From: Octopus vulgaris
Taxonomy: Eukaryota
Assembly (NCBI GenBank): GCA_951406725.2
Contig: OX597835.1
Span: 2,294,001-2,358,000 of the forward strand
Direction: 5' to 3'
DNA: 64,000 bases
Shown here: positions 13,990 through 26,765 of the stretch, one piece after another
How positions within the stretch are numbered: position 1 is the first letter of the stretch
Layout of the letters: each line of letters begins with the position of its first letter
Made by a program: the position numbers and the translations under genes
Notes under the pieces: generated by a model
What the model saw: the letters and a program-made list of their open reading frames with translations, nothing else
Database searches by the model: none
Told to the model about the DNA's origin: nothing

Positions 13990-14210
13990 CCCTTTAGTGT
14001 TCGCATTATTCTGCCAAAATTAATGCTTTTTCATCCACACTGTTTTGAACCAATCATGCATTATCTTGTAGCTATGAGATTTTGATGAGGTAGCTGTTAA
14101 TTTTTAAAACGATATTGTAGGGTTGGTGTGAGAGACCAGATCTGGCCAGTTTGAACGTAAAACAGGCAGAATACTTTTGGCCAGATATGGCCGGTTTAAA
14201 TGCTAAAGGG
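13990..14210. mobile_element. piggyBac-type MITE
   Basis: TTAA|CCCTTTAG...CTAAAGGG|TTAA; a related copy at about 50379-50603. Confidence 0.8.
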
Positions 14211-14344
14211 TTAACCAACATAGAGAGCTTCCATGCATGCAGTCACTCAATCTGCTAGAAATAGTAACCCAAAATATCCCTTAAATCACATCCTACTCAC
14301 ACACACACACACACACATGGCTTTTTGGTTTGATGCTTTTCTTG

Positions 14345-14640
14345 ATGAGGATGGGGTCATTCCAAGTTAATGGTCCCAGGAGCATCTTGTGTATAGAGCT
14401 GACCAGTTCCACCAGTGCTCTCCATTGCTGGCAGTCCTGTACCAACTGCTCTGCATTCTCCAAGATGACATCAAACCTCTGGAGATCTTCCTTAATCATG
14501 CCCAGCCATCTGACACAGGGCCTGCCACAAAGCCTCTTCCAGTCCACAGCTGCTGCATCAAATAAGAGTAAAGCCCTGGTAGGATGATCTAGAGGGAGAC
14601 GGGGGGGGGAGACATGTCTCTGCCAGCACATGTAAGACAG
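14345..14640 (-). mobile_element. RTE-like LINE 3' relic
   Basis: WKRLCGRPCVRWLGMIKEDL...QWRALV. Confidence 0.55.
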
Positions 14641-15023
14641 CTATGAGGTGGGAGGCTGCAGGCTGGTTCATGCATCCATGCAGGTCTTTCTAATTTAATA
14701 TTCACACACATATATATCCATACATGTGTGTGTGTGTGCATGTGTATAAATTATTCTTTTATTCTTTTATTTGTTTCTGTGATTTGACTGTGACCGCTGG
14801 GGGAAAACTCATAATGTTCTTTATAAAGAAGATTTATCATAACTTGGTGTTGTGGGTTATCTATTTCAAGTATATTATTCGTTGCTGATCTCACAGAATT
14901 TTTTTTATGCCAATAATGTTAGAATCACTAATCATCACAATAATTATTTTTAAAAAACTCATATTTCAAATTTTTGAATGAAATCTCACTATTATCTTTA
15001 ACCCGAGCAATGCTGAGTACTTC

Positions 15024-15095
<72 letters not shown>

Positions 15096-15740
15096 AGAAG
15101 AGGAGAGAGGAAGAGAGAGAGGGGAGAGAGAGGGGGAGAGAGAGAGGGAGAGAGAGAGAGAATTCTAAGTATTACTTTGAAAATCTTTCCCTTTTAAAGT
15201 GGTTGCTACTTAAATGTATTTTATTACTACTTAAAAAATTTTTAGAAACTATTTTTACTTCTTCAAGATGCTTGATCAGCTTCTTAGCTTAAACAGGCAA
15301 TGAATTTGACTGTCTTTGGGTCACTGAACTTTGCCTTTCATCCTTTCAGTTGTGAAAACTGCTTTAAAAAAATTGAGTAACGATACTCCTGTGGACAAAA
15401 AAATGTGGTCAGCAGCCACCACAGCATATTGAACTTTGTACCTCTCAATCGTGGCTGAGTACACTTACCAGGACTTGTTTAGTTCAAAGGTACAGAATGC
15501 TGTACCATCTAAAGCGGTTTTCACAACTATTCTGCATTTGAGACGTTTTTTAGTTTCTAAAAATATATCATTCACTCAGTGGCTGTGTGGTAAGAAGACA
15601 GCTTCCAAATCACATGGTTCTGGGTTCAGTCCCACTGCCTGGCACCTTGGGCAAATGTCTTCTACAACAGCTTTGGGCTGACCAAAGCCTTGTGAGTGGA
15701 TTTGGTAGACAGAAACTGAAAACAAAGCAGTCATATGTGA

Positions 15741-15784
<44 letters not shown>

Positions 15785-15929
15785 GTGTGTGTGTGTGTGT
15801 GTATCTATCTGTCTGTGCTCCAGCATGGTTGCAGTTAAATCACTGAAATTAGTAAGAGAATAAAAGAAAAAAATATATATATATATATATATCTGTAAAT
15901 GTAATATGTGACAATTATTTGGTAGCCAT

Positions 15930-15990
15930 GATAAAACTCTGAGTTTCGGATGCCGGGGTGGAAATCCACGCTGCCATCTCTTCAGTTATC
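15930..15990 (-). ncRNA. hammerhead ribozyme motif
   Basis: minus: GATAA-CTGAAGA-GATG..CATCC-GAAAC-TCAGA-GTT-TTATC. Confidence 0.6.
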
Positions 15991-16314
15991 TGGTCATCAG
16001 AAAAAATGCTATAGCATTTTTTCCGATGGCCAAATAACTCGGGGTTTTATCTATTCCTCTATTTACATAATATCGAGGTCTCTTTCATTCTTTTGTTGTT
16101 TTATCATTTCTATATATATATCTTCGGCATCTGTCCATCTCGAGAGACGATGGTGTAGCTCAGAAAAAGTGGTGGGCTTATCTGCACTTCCTAGTGTGGC
16201 TGTGCAGACCAATCCATCGAGTGGCAGTCTCTACCACATCTGGTGCAAGTGAAAGGGGACGAGAGCTGTGGTTGCTGCTGCTGCTCCTTTCGCCTGGTTC
16301 CCTTTAGTTTAGTT

Positions 16315-16388
<74 letters not shown>

Positions 16389-16502
16389 TGTGATCACCGT
16401 GACCGACCAGTCTATCAGATGTTGCTACACATCGCTGGTCACAATGCGCTTCGCATTGTTTTAGCCTTTAAATGATGCCACCCCGCTGGCTAATCGAGCA
16501 GG

Positions 16503-16552
<50 letters not shown>

Positions 16553-16644
16553 ATCAATATAGGGTGGCAAAAAATTTCGTAGAATTTATTTGCCACCAGC
16601 GGCCTAGTGGGAAAAAATTAAATAGTCATAGACCATTTATAAGT

Positions 16645-17066
16645 TCAACATCACAATCAAGGAATGGCCATAATAGGCCATTCACCCACTAGAAATAACA
16701 GCCAAAGCTTCAACCGCAAAATAACATCAATTCCGCAAACCAGGAGAAAATAAAAAACACATTTACCCTGTAATTTCTTATACGATGCACCGTTTCATCT
16801 ATTGTTTAATGGTAAACTAACCTGATTAAATTAAATCAAGCCAGTCTTCCATAGGCCTATGGAAGACTGGCTTGATTTAATTTAATCAGGTTAGTTTACC
16901 ATTAAACAATAGATGAAACGGTGCGTCGTATAAGAAATTACAGGGTAAATGTGTTTTTTATTTTCTCCTGGTTTGCGGAATTGATGTTATTTTGCGGTTG
17001 AAGCTTTGGCTGTTATTTCTAGTGGGTGAATGGCCTATTATGGCCATTCCTTGATTGTGATGTTGA
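16645..17066. repeat. spacer-less 422-bp palindrome (211-bp arms)
   Basis: centre ATAGG|CCTAT at 16855/16856; one mismatch seen between the arms. Confidence 0.95.
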
Positions 17067-17721
17067 TATATATATATATATATATAAGCACCAACCGATC
17101 ATGTCCATTGCCAGCCTCCTCTGGCCCCTGTACTGGTGGAATGTAAAAAGCACCCACTACACTCATGGAGTGGTTGGCGTTAGGAAGGGCATCCAGCTGT
17201 ATAAACACTGCCAGATCAGACTGGAGCCTGGTGTAGCCTCCTGGCTTCACAGACAACAGTCAAACCATCCAACCCATGGAAAACGGACGTTAATTGATGA
17301 TGAGGAAATTGGGATGATAAAGGAAATAACAATTATGCTATGAAATCCATTAGTTTACAGGTATTTGTGTGACAAAGGTGCTATGCACTCCCAGTTGAGT
17401 GTCACCTGAGTGTCACCTTTATTGAAACTTCAAACGACGAAGTGCAATTATAGGGGAAAGCATTTACATTATAGTACAAGTACACAATGTAGGGCACTCT
17501 GATGAGGGATCTTGTTTTGTGAATTATTTGGGGATCTCACTAGTGCTGGTGTATTGATAAAAATAGCACCCAATGCACTCTGTGAAGTGGTGGCATTGGT
17601 AGGGCATTCAACCATTGAAACCATACCAGGGTAGACATTGGAGAGCAGCACAGCTCCTGGTTTGCTGGATCCTGTTGAACCATCCAACCATTCAAACCCC
17701 AGCAGGGAACACGAACGCTAA

Positions 17722-17798
<77 letters not shown>

Positions 17799-18152
17799 AT
17801 ATGTTCATTATGTTCAAAACAGTTCTCCTGATCTACACTTTGAGAGTAAGAAGAGGTAAATTGGTGGATGATACAGGACACTGTAGAGAGCATGGAGTGG
17901 TGTCAGAAGGCAAAGGCTGATAGATGAGGCCCTTATGAAGCTGTTGAAGCACTTCAATTCTGTAGAGGTTGGTACACCGAGCAACCACAATGCTCTCTCT
18001 GTCCACCATATATATATGCGTGAGTATGCATGTGTGTGTGTGTGTATATATATTATATATATATATACACATACATATATATATATTCATACATATATAC
18101 ATACATATATATATACACATATATATATATATATATATATACATATATATAC

Positions 18153-18183
<31 letters not shown>

Positions 18184-18192
18184 CTTACATAC

Positions 18193-18244
<52 letters not shown>

Positions 18245-18768
18245 TTTATCTGTTTAAGTCATTAGACTATGGCCATGCTGGAGCACTACCTTCAAGAATT
18301 TGTAGTGAAATAAATCAACCCCAGTACTTACTATTTTTTGGAAGCCTGGTTCTCATTCTGTCAGTCTCTTTTGCCAAACTGTTAAGTTACAGGGATATAA
18401 GCACACCAGAACCAGTTGTCAGGCAGTGGTGGGAGACAAACATGGACACACAAATGCACATGTTGATATATACATATATATATACAATGGGCTTCTTTTC
18501 AGTTTCCTTCTAAGAAATTCACTTACAAGGCTTTGGTCAGCCCAAGGTTATAGTACACACACACTCACACACACACACATACTTGCCTATCTGTTGTACT
18601 ATTATAAAAATAAAAGTGCTTGTCACTGCCCTCTCGTAACCTAACACTCCTCCTTTTGAAAATATCTCCTGCAAAAGGATGTTTGGTGACATTTCTGTGT
18701 TCTTCCCACTTCCAGACAAAACATTTTCTAAAATAGATTGGCACAAAACTATAAGAGTGCATAACACG

Positions 18769-18804
<36 letters not shown>

Positions 18805-18820
18805 TATATACATATCATAA

Positions 18821-19678
18821 ATGTATGTATGTATGTATGTATGTATGTATGTATGTATGTATGTATGTATGTATGTATGTATGTGTGTGTGTGTGTTGTA
18901 TGTATGTGTGTGTGTATGTATGTATGTATGTGTGTATGTATGTATGTATGTATGTATGTATGTATGTATGTATGTATGTATGTATGTATGTATGTATGTA
19001 TGTATGTATGTATGTATGTATGTATGTATGTATGTATGTATGTATGTATGTATGTATGTATGTAGGTATGTATGTATGTAGGTATGTATGTATGTATGTG
19101 TGTGTGTGTATGTATGTATGTATGAATGTATGTATGTATGCATGTATGTATGTATGTATGTATGTATGTATGTATGTGTGTGTGTATGTATGTATGTATG
19201 TATGTATGTATGTATGTATGTATGTATGTATGTATGTATGTATGTGTGTATGTGTATGTATGTATGTATGTATGTATGTGTGTATGTATGTATGTATGTA
19301 TGTATGTATGTATGTATGTATGTATGTATGTATGTATGTATGTATGTATGTATGTATGTATGTATGTATGTATGTATGTATGTATGTATGTATGTATGTA
19401 TGTATGTATGTATGTGCATGTATGTATGTATGTATGTATGTATGTAATGTATGTATGTATGTATGTATGTATGTGTGTATGTATGTGTGTATGTATGTGT
19501 ATGTATGTATGTATGCATGCATGCATGTATGTATGTATGTATGTATGTATGTATGTATGTATGTATGTATGTATGTGTGTATGTATGTATGTATGTATGT
19601 ATGTATGTATGTATGTATGTATGTATGTATGTATGTATGTATGTGTGTATGTGTGTATGTGTGTATGTATGTATGTGT
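18821..19678. repeat. (TATG)n microsatellite
   Basis: direct reading; source of the HTYI/MYVC pseudo-ORFs. Confidence 0.95.
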
Positions 19679-19987
19679 ACATATCATAGCAGGCTTGGCT
19701 GTGTGGTAAGAAGTTTGCTTCCCAACTGCATGGTTCCGAGTTCAATCCTAAAACATGACACCTTGGCCAAGTGTCTTCTGCTGTATCCCTGAGCTGGCAC
19801 AAAGCCTTGTGGCTAGATTTGGTTGATGGACACTGAAAGAAACCCACCATTTATATAGGCTGAATGAGTATAGCTTGGTAATATGTCCTAAGCCTTCACC
19901 AACTGGTTTAGGGACCTGGTTAGTTGCTTGTACATATATATAAGTCAGTAAATGGTGGGGGTTGTGCTAACCGCATGTGGAGAAATG

Positions 19988-20167
19988 ATAGGAAAGGAAA
20001 AAATAATAATAATGAGGCAGAATGCTAAACTGAAAGCAAATTTTAATGGGTGTAAGAAAGATTAAAAAAAGTTAAAAAAAGGTTTAATCTTTCTTACACC
20101 CATTTATATTAAAATTTGCTTTCAGTTTAGCATTCTGCCTCATTATTATTATTTTTTCCTTTCCTAT
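19988..20167. repeat. inverted repeat (about 85-bp arms) ending in (TA)n
   Basis: ataggaaaggaaaaaataataataatgaggcagaatgc... versus ...gcattctgcctcattattattattttttcctttcctat. Confidence 0.85.
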
Positions 20168-20295
20168 AAATATATATATATACACATTAAAATACTGACA
20201 GACAGCCAGACTAAACACTTACAGGTCTATATATATATATATTCTAAAACAAATATGAGATCTTTTTCTCATGCTCAGTATTGATATTTCACCAG

Positions 20296-20578
20296 GTGAT
20301 ACCAAACGAAAGCAGAGGTGGGCACCTAAAGGTAAACCGCCGGCAACTCTTGTCCCATCACCAACCTCAGCTTCGACACTAGTCTCACCCACACCCAGAT
20401 CACCAACTGCCAGAGCCAAGACACTGAATCCACCAACAGCTGACACGAAAATGGGATCCAGCATAATTTCTAAGAAACCACCATCATTGCCCAGTGTTCT
20501 GAACAAGAAGGTCAACCATGCAAGAGGATTCAACAGTAAATATACTTCAATGCTCCATGCCGACAGAGAAGCTCAACG
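20296..20578 (+). CDS. TMC-like C-terminal tail exon (Pro/Ser/Thr-rich)
   Basis: ttcaccag|...|gtattt, phase 1-2; within ORF 20271..20597. Confidence 0.7.
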
Positions 20579-20724
20579 GTATTTTATAACTGTATAATAT
20601 AGTCTTGTAATTCTTCTAATATTAACAATATATTTTCTTGAAATTTTTCTGTCTCTTTAATGCCATAGTCAGATTAATCTTGCAAGTTCCCTTGATGATC
20701 TGTTTATTATATTATCATTCCTGA

Positions 20725-21005
20725 GCGAGGGCCATTGCCAGTGCCGCTGGACTGGCTCCTGTGCAGGTGGCACGTATAAAACACCATTTGGGCGTGGCCG
20801 TTGCCAGTACTGTTTGACCAGCCCACGTGCTGGTGGCACGTAAAAGCATCCACTACACTCTCGGAGTGGTTGGCATTAGGAAGGGCATCCAGCTGTAGAA
20901 ACTCTGCCAGATCAAGATTGGAGCCTGGTGCAGCCATCTGGTTCGCCAGTCTTCAGTCAAAATCGTCCAACCCATGCTAGCATGGAAAGCGGACGTTAAA
21001 CGATG
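20725..21005 (+). mobile_element. SINE family C with (GAT)n tail
   Basis: GGCGTTAGGAAGGGCATCCAGCTGTAGAAA...CATGCTAGCATGGAAAGCGGACGTTAAACGATG; copies at about 9246-9388, 11100-11327(-), 17087-17303, 39260-39590(-), 54325-54493, 56700-56880(-). Confidence 0.7.
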
Positions 21006-21476
21006 AACTATGAGGTAGTGTTTGTGATCCATATTTTAACACTGTCTGAACAATTAAATGCTTGGTACAATTAGATGATCAGAACGATTAAATGCTTTTT
21101 GAAAATTGCATCTATAAATTGTATTTACACTGCATCCCACATTATTAGGCAGATCAGCTTTCTCTCAAGAAATAAATGTATATTCGTTGAAAACCAGTTG
21201 TTTTCCTCCTCAACTGTTGGCAACACCTGTCTTCGCAAATTCTGTTAAAATAAATTGGATCTGCACAGACACCAACAAATGGCAACTTATTTGAATACCC
21301 GAGAGATAATTAATAGTCAGTGGGAGCATAGAAGCAGGGTGGGATGTAATCTTTTCCATAACAACAAATTAATACAATGGTATATGCATATATTTATATG
21401 CATATGTGTGTGTATGTATATACATATAATATGTATATGTGTGAATATATATTCACACACACATACATACATGCAT

Positions 21477-21538
<62 letters not shown>

Positions 21539-21733
21539 CATGTATTCAGCTCAAGAAAACAGTTTTTTATAATGATATAATGTACTCATTTATCAATTAA
21601 TAGATTCGTTGGAAATAGTTGTAATGAATTGACATCTATCCATCATTTGTTATATATATATATATATATATATACACATTGCCGCCAATTTGTCATAGAT
21701 ATAAATAGAATTCCTCTTTCCCTCTTTTTTCAG

Positions 21734-22745
21734 ACTCAAGTATGAGACACATTTGGATGAGATCAAGTTGGCCAAGCTGAAAAAGTTTCAACTGAACAGA
21801 GAAATCCGGCATGTTGAGAATGAAATCTTACAGTGGACGGTCAATTCAAGTGATGAGGTCCCTACTGAAGATGGACAGTTTGATTCCTCACTTCACCATT
21901 CTGTACAACAGAGAAATAATCATTCTGAAAGTAATGAAAGCATTACTGAAATGGCAGTCAATTCTGTGGCCTCGACTTCATCTGAAAGCAACTTTGGTCG
22001 GACTGCAAACAGTGGTACCAGAAGGCCAACTGACCGTTTGAGAAAACGAAGCAGAGCAATGTTAGCAAAGAGGAAACCTATTGGCTATAGTGGCGGCAGC
22101 AGCAGCAACAGACCGAAATCCCATGTGGATCATCAATTTGAATCAAATATAGATCAGCACAAATCACATGCTGATCAAACGAGACCAGAAATTGATCCAG
22201 CCAGATCTTATTTTGAACAAGCTGAATCATATAGTGATCAAGCTGGATCAAATATTGATCGGTCTGAATCCTATGTTGGTCAGAGCAGATCAGATATTAA
22301 TATGACAAAATCATATTTTCATAAACAAGGATTAAATCCTGATCAGTCAAAATCCTTTGTTGATCAGAACAGATCAGAGATTGATTCAATGAGATCATAT
22401 TTTGATCAACCTGGATCATATATTGGTAAGACTGCATCAACTACCAGTCACCCTGAATCGTATATTGATCAGCCTGGTTCATATATTGATCAGACTGGTT
22501 CAAATACCGATCAGCCTAGATCACATATTCTTCAAGATGGATCCAATGTTGATCATACTGGACCGTTTGGAGATTGGTCTGGATCATTTCTTGGAGAGAG
22601 AAAAGATGCAGAAGAGTATGGACGAGGAAGGGGAGGAGGAGGGTATGTAGGAAATGAGAGTTACTTATCTGACAGCGACCAAGTTCCGAGAAAGTCTGGT
22701 TTTACCAACTTTGCATTTGAGAGAAGCAGCAGAGAGGAAGAGTGA
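21734..22745 (+). CDS. TMC-like terminal exon with heptad-repeat region
   Basis: ctttttcag| phase 2 joins in frame to ORF 21753..22745 and its TGA. The ten exons total 2178 nt (725 aa + stop). AATAAA at about 23481 and 23508. Confidence 0.75.
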
Positions 22746-24532
22746 TGCTTTTCTATATTTTTGAGTTTTCCATTACCAGCATTATACCACCACCACCACC
22801 ACCACCACCACCACCACAACACTACCAAAATACCACCATCTCTAGCACCATAACACTAATATCATTGGGACTATCATAACACCATCTTTACCAACACATC
22901 CAAAACTTTGCAATTACCAACATCATACAACACCACCATCATCATCATCACTACACCACCAATTCCATCATCACCACCACAACACCATCAACACAATACT
23001 ACCAATGCCACCATCAACATTAACACAACTACCAACGCAATAACCAGCACACACCTAAATTATAACCACTTTCCAAAAAAAGGATTCCTCTTTAAATGTT
23101 GAACTTCTCTTTTTCACAACAAAATTGATTCCATTTTGTGAACTTTGACCTATCCATCAAGTAGGGCCATCAAACGAATTTCTTGGGATTCAACACTTTC
23201 ATTGTGTTTCTTACTGACAACAGAGAATGCTTAACTTTGACTCCAGTTGAAGGAAAAACCTGTCTGTATCACTACAAATAGATCAAACACGGTATCAGCA
23301 GCAATTAACAAGAAACCATCAAAGCATCCGTACTAATGAGTAGATAACCTGACTGTCACCTGTCTGTCACCTGTCTGTCACCTGTCTGTAACACAGTGAG
23401 AAGGTAGCTGTTTGATCCACTTTATTTATTTAGAACTAAACAGTGTAACATGCCAAACTAAAAAATTGGTAGCTGACCATAATAAAATGTATCAAGTAGT
23501 GTTTGAAAATAAAATGCTTATCTTTCTCTGATAGAATTGTCAACGATTTTTGTCCTACCAACCTTTACTCTCATCACTCTCTTTTCAATAATCAACATCA
23601 ACCGGTTACCCCCACCTTTCTACTTCTCTAAATGACAGAACAACAACCACACCCCAAACCCAAACATCGCATCTGACGCCAAACTACACTGAACACATAT
23701 GAGGCCTACTGGGAGGATGAATGCAGTTGCTTTCCACTTGCTAATTGCTGTTCATCATTACAAAAATATAGTGTTGATAACTGTGGCAGTAAAATACCAC
23801 CATCTCTAGCACCATAACACTAATGCCATTGGCACTATTTCCACTCCTATGTGCCTCATTTATGGCACTCTGCTTCTCTCTCGCACCCCATTTCCACACA
23901 CATCATATCATCTACAATGATACCTATTTCCTCTCCAACCCACTCCTATTTCCTCCATCTTCTCCACCCCAGATTCACACTCCCCATCAGCCACACCTCC
24001 ATCTCTGTTCATCATTCCCTTCATTCACCTCCTTCCCCGTAATTACCCACCTGCCACGCCTTCTTTCACACTCTCACAAACTTATCTTCCCAATGACTTC
24101 TCTTATATTCACCTTCAGCTTCCAATAACCTGAAGGTATGCTCCGACATCTCGGAAGCACCATCTTCACTCTTTTTCCATTCAGGGTAGCCATGTATCTG
24201 TTTACAGCAAGACACCCGTTCCTCTCCTTTTATCATACCTATCATCTCCTAGCAATAAAGACACCTCCCTCAATACTATACTCACACTTAGGTGAAGGGT
24301 TTTCTCTTGGGAGTTACATGGTTACCTCACTGGTGTTGGTGCCACAAAAAAAAAGTATCTAATACATTTGGTAAAACAATTGGTGTTAGGAAGGGCATCC
24401 ATCCTAAGATGGATAAGATATCGGAGCTGGGTGCAGCTGTCTGGACATCAGCTGCCACTAAATCATCCAGCCCCTGCCAGCATGGGAAACAGACAATTGA
24501 CAACGAAGATGATGACAATGATGATGATGATA

Positions 24533-24567
<35 letters not shown>

Positions 24568-24773
24568 ATAGAACGACATATCATAAATAGTTTTATAAAG
24601 AACTTCATTATCAAAAGGAGCTCTGCATAAATTATGTTTAATAAAAAGAATGGTCATGGCTGGAATGTCCTCGCATGTAGCTCTACTTGATCATGGTTGA
24701 CCTGAGGCTATGCAACAGTAAATCACATACACACAAATATATACGTTCTCTCACTGTCTGTCTGTCTGTCTCG

Positions 24774-24812
<39 letters not shown>

Positions 24813-25323
24813 ACAACAACAACAACAACAGCAATTACGTTCTTTCACTTCTGACATAGATAACATTATCATTGAGTATTCGTGCAATAGTCGTATCTAA
24901 GACTACATTATCAAATGCATTCTTTCTTTAATAAGAAACCCCAAAAAAAAAAACATAATAAATAAGAACAGCAGGAGCACATAGTGAAAGATATGGCTGC
25001 TATTTCTAGCAGTTTAAGCAACCACAAACAAGTGATAGCTTCTTCATTAACTCGCATCGTTTCCATACTTGACACCGTTGTGTCATCCTTAAAAGCATTG
25101 AAGTATCAGATCACTGGACTGTAGCTGTTGTATCTAGCAGATGAAGCAACCACAAGTTGAGGCTCCCTCTCTCTCTCTCGTCGGCTTCTATCGATTCTCT
25201 GTTTATTCGCTGCTGCGTCATCCTTAACGAATCCTTAAGTCTCAGACATCACACGACTGTAACAAAAAGAGAAAGGGGACCGAGTTCGGTGTTCACCGGT
25301 TTGAGGACTTGAAGCAGACGGCC

Positions 25324-25752
25324 ATGGTGCACGCCTTCATCATCCACACACTTCTGCCAGGTTCGAGCCTTGTGCTGCATTCGTCGACATTCCGCCAGGA
25401 TCCTTTGACTTCGTACGAAATCAAGGAGTCGGGAAGCCGATGGCATTGTGTCAGGCAGGCCCAGTGGCAGTATGTCGCCGATGTGGTTCACGGCGAATAC
25501 CAATTCCGAAGAACCGTTTCGGGACGATCTTTGGACGAGGATTTGGCCAGAGCGACCAACATCGACAATGGCTTGGGTTTGCCCGAACTCGAGTGCGGTG
25601 TGCTCAGATTGTCCGAACACGCTCCCTATGCCGACGAGAAGGTCATCGTCTGGTACGGAGCTGGAACCCTGGCCTTCAGTTTAGTCTGTGATAAAACCGA
25701 GAACCGACTCATCGCCGAACTCATCCTCAAGCACATCGTTCGATATCTTCAG
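25324..25752 (+). CDS. AP5S1: AP-5 complex subunit sigma-1, exon 1
   Basis: gccATGG start; MVHAFIIHTL...VVWYGAGTLAFSLVCDKTENRLIAE resembles AP5S1 (MVHAFLIHTL...VVWLGVLSLGFALVLDAHENLLLAE); donor cag|gtgggt; CpG-rich relative to the flanks. Confidence 0.92.
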
Positions 25753-26190
25753 GTGGGTGCACGTTCGATTCACTCTCTTTTACTGTTGCTGTTGTATGTA
25801 TTGCTGTTGTTGTTGTTTAGCTACACAGATGTATGATGACGTTCCATCCATGGCCATCCATGCCTTTTTTTCCCCCCATTATCGTACATTATCCCTCTTG
25901 GACTGCTATGTTATCCAAAGGCTCCTCCCCCTTTTCAAGACGATGAGATGTGGAATGGCAGAGATTTCCAGGAGGCCCCTTCGTTGGTTCCTTCCGTCGG
26001 AAAATCGAAAGGGTGCACATAAAGTTACGAGTGTGTGTTGAGTGGGTCTACAATTGGCGAGTGTATATATTTATATATGTTGGCAGTTTAGATATATATG
26101 TGCACTGAATGGGTGTAGAATCAATATATACTATAGGGTTACAATGTGTGAGTGTATACATACATACATATCTATCTATCTATCTATCTA

Positions 26191-26221
<31 letters not shown>

Positions 26222-26620
26222 GACCAAGGTTACCGGGGTCTTTTTCGTAGGCTTTTCTTCCCACGGATAAACCTTACTTGCTTTCCCCTTTACACCATAC
26301 ATCATGACACTGTGATACACGATCCCTATTGATCGTTTTCTTTTTCTCTTCCCCTTTTTTTTCTCTTTTTTCTTCTTTTTTCATTTTTCTTTTCCTTTGT
26401 TCCTTTTCCCTTTTTTCATTTTTCTTTTCCTTTTTTTTTTGTTCTTTTTTCCCTTTTACGATCCCTTTTGTTCGAAAACCTACGCCACCCTTTTTTTTTT
26501 ATTCTTTTGTTTTTTGTTGTTTTTTTTCATCCCCCAAAAGAAAAGCTCTACCTTGTAACTTGTCCCATCTGTGTGCAGCCCTGTGTGGCCAATAAAGAAA
26601 CTTATCTATATATCTATCTA

Positions 26621-26765
<145 letters not shown>

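Noticed and set aside
18537-19850. Long ORFs (up to 437 aa) of HTYI/MYVC repeats, and similar YI, CV, N and L-run ORFs elsewhere
   Set aside because: Translations of stop-free microsatellites, not genes
23791-23838. About 48-bp copy of TMC 3' UTR sequence 22827-22875
   Set aside because: Short low-complexity local duplication with no evident function
25249-25691. Alternative-frame and antisense ORFs over AP5S1 exon 1
   Set aside because: Shadows of a GC-rich coding exon
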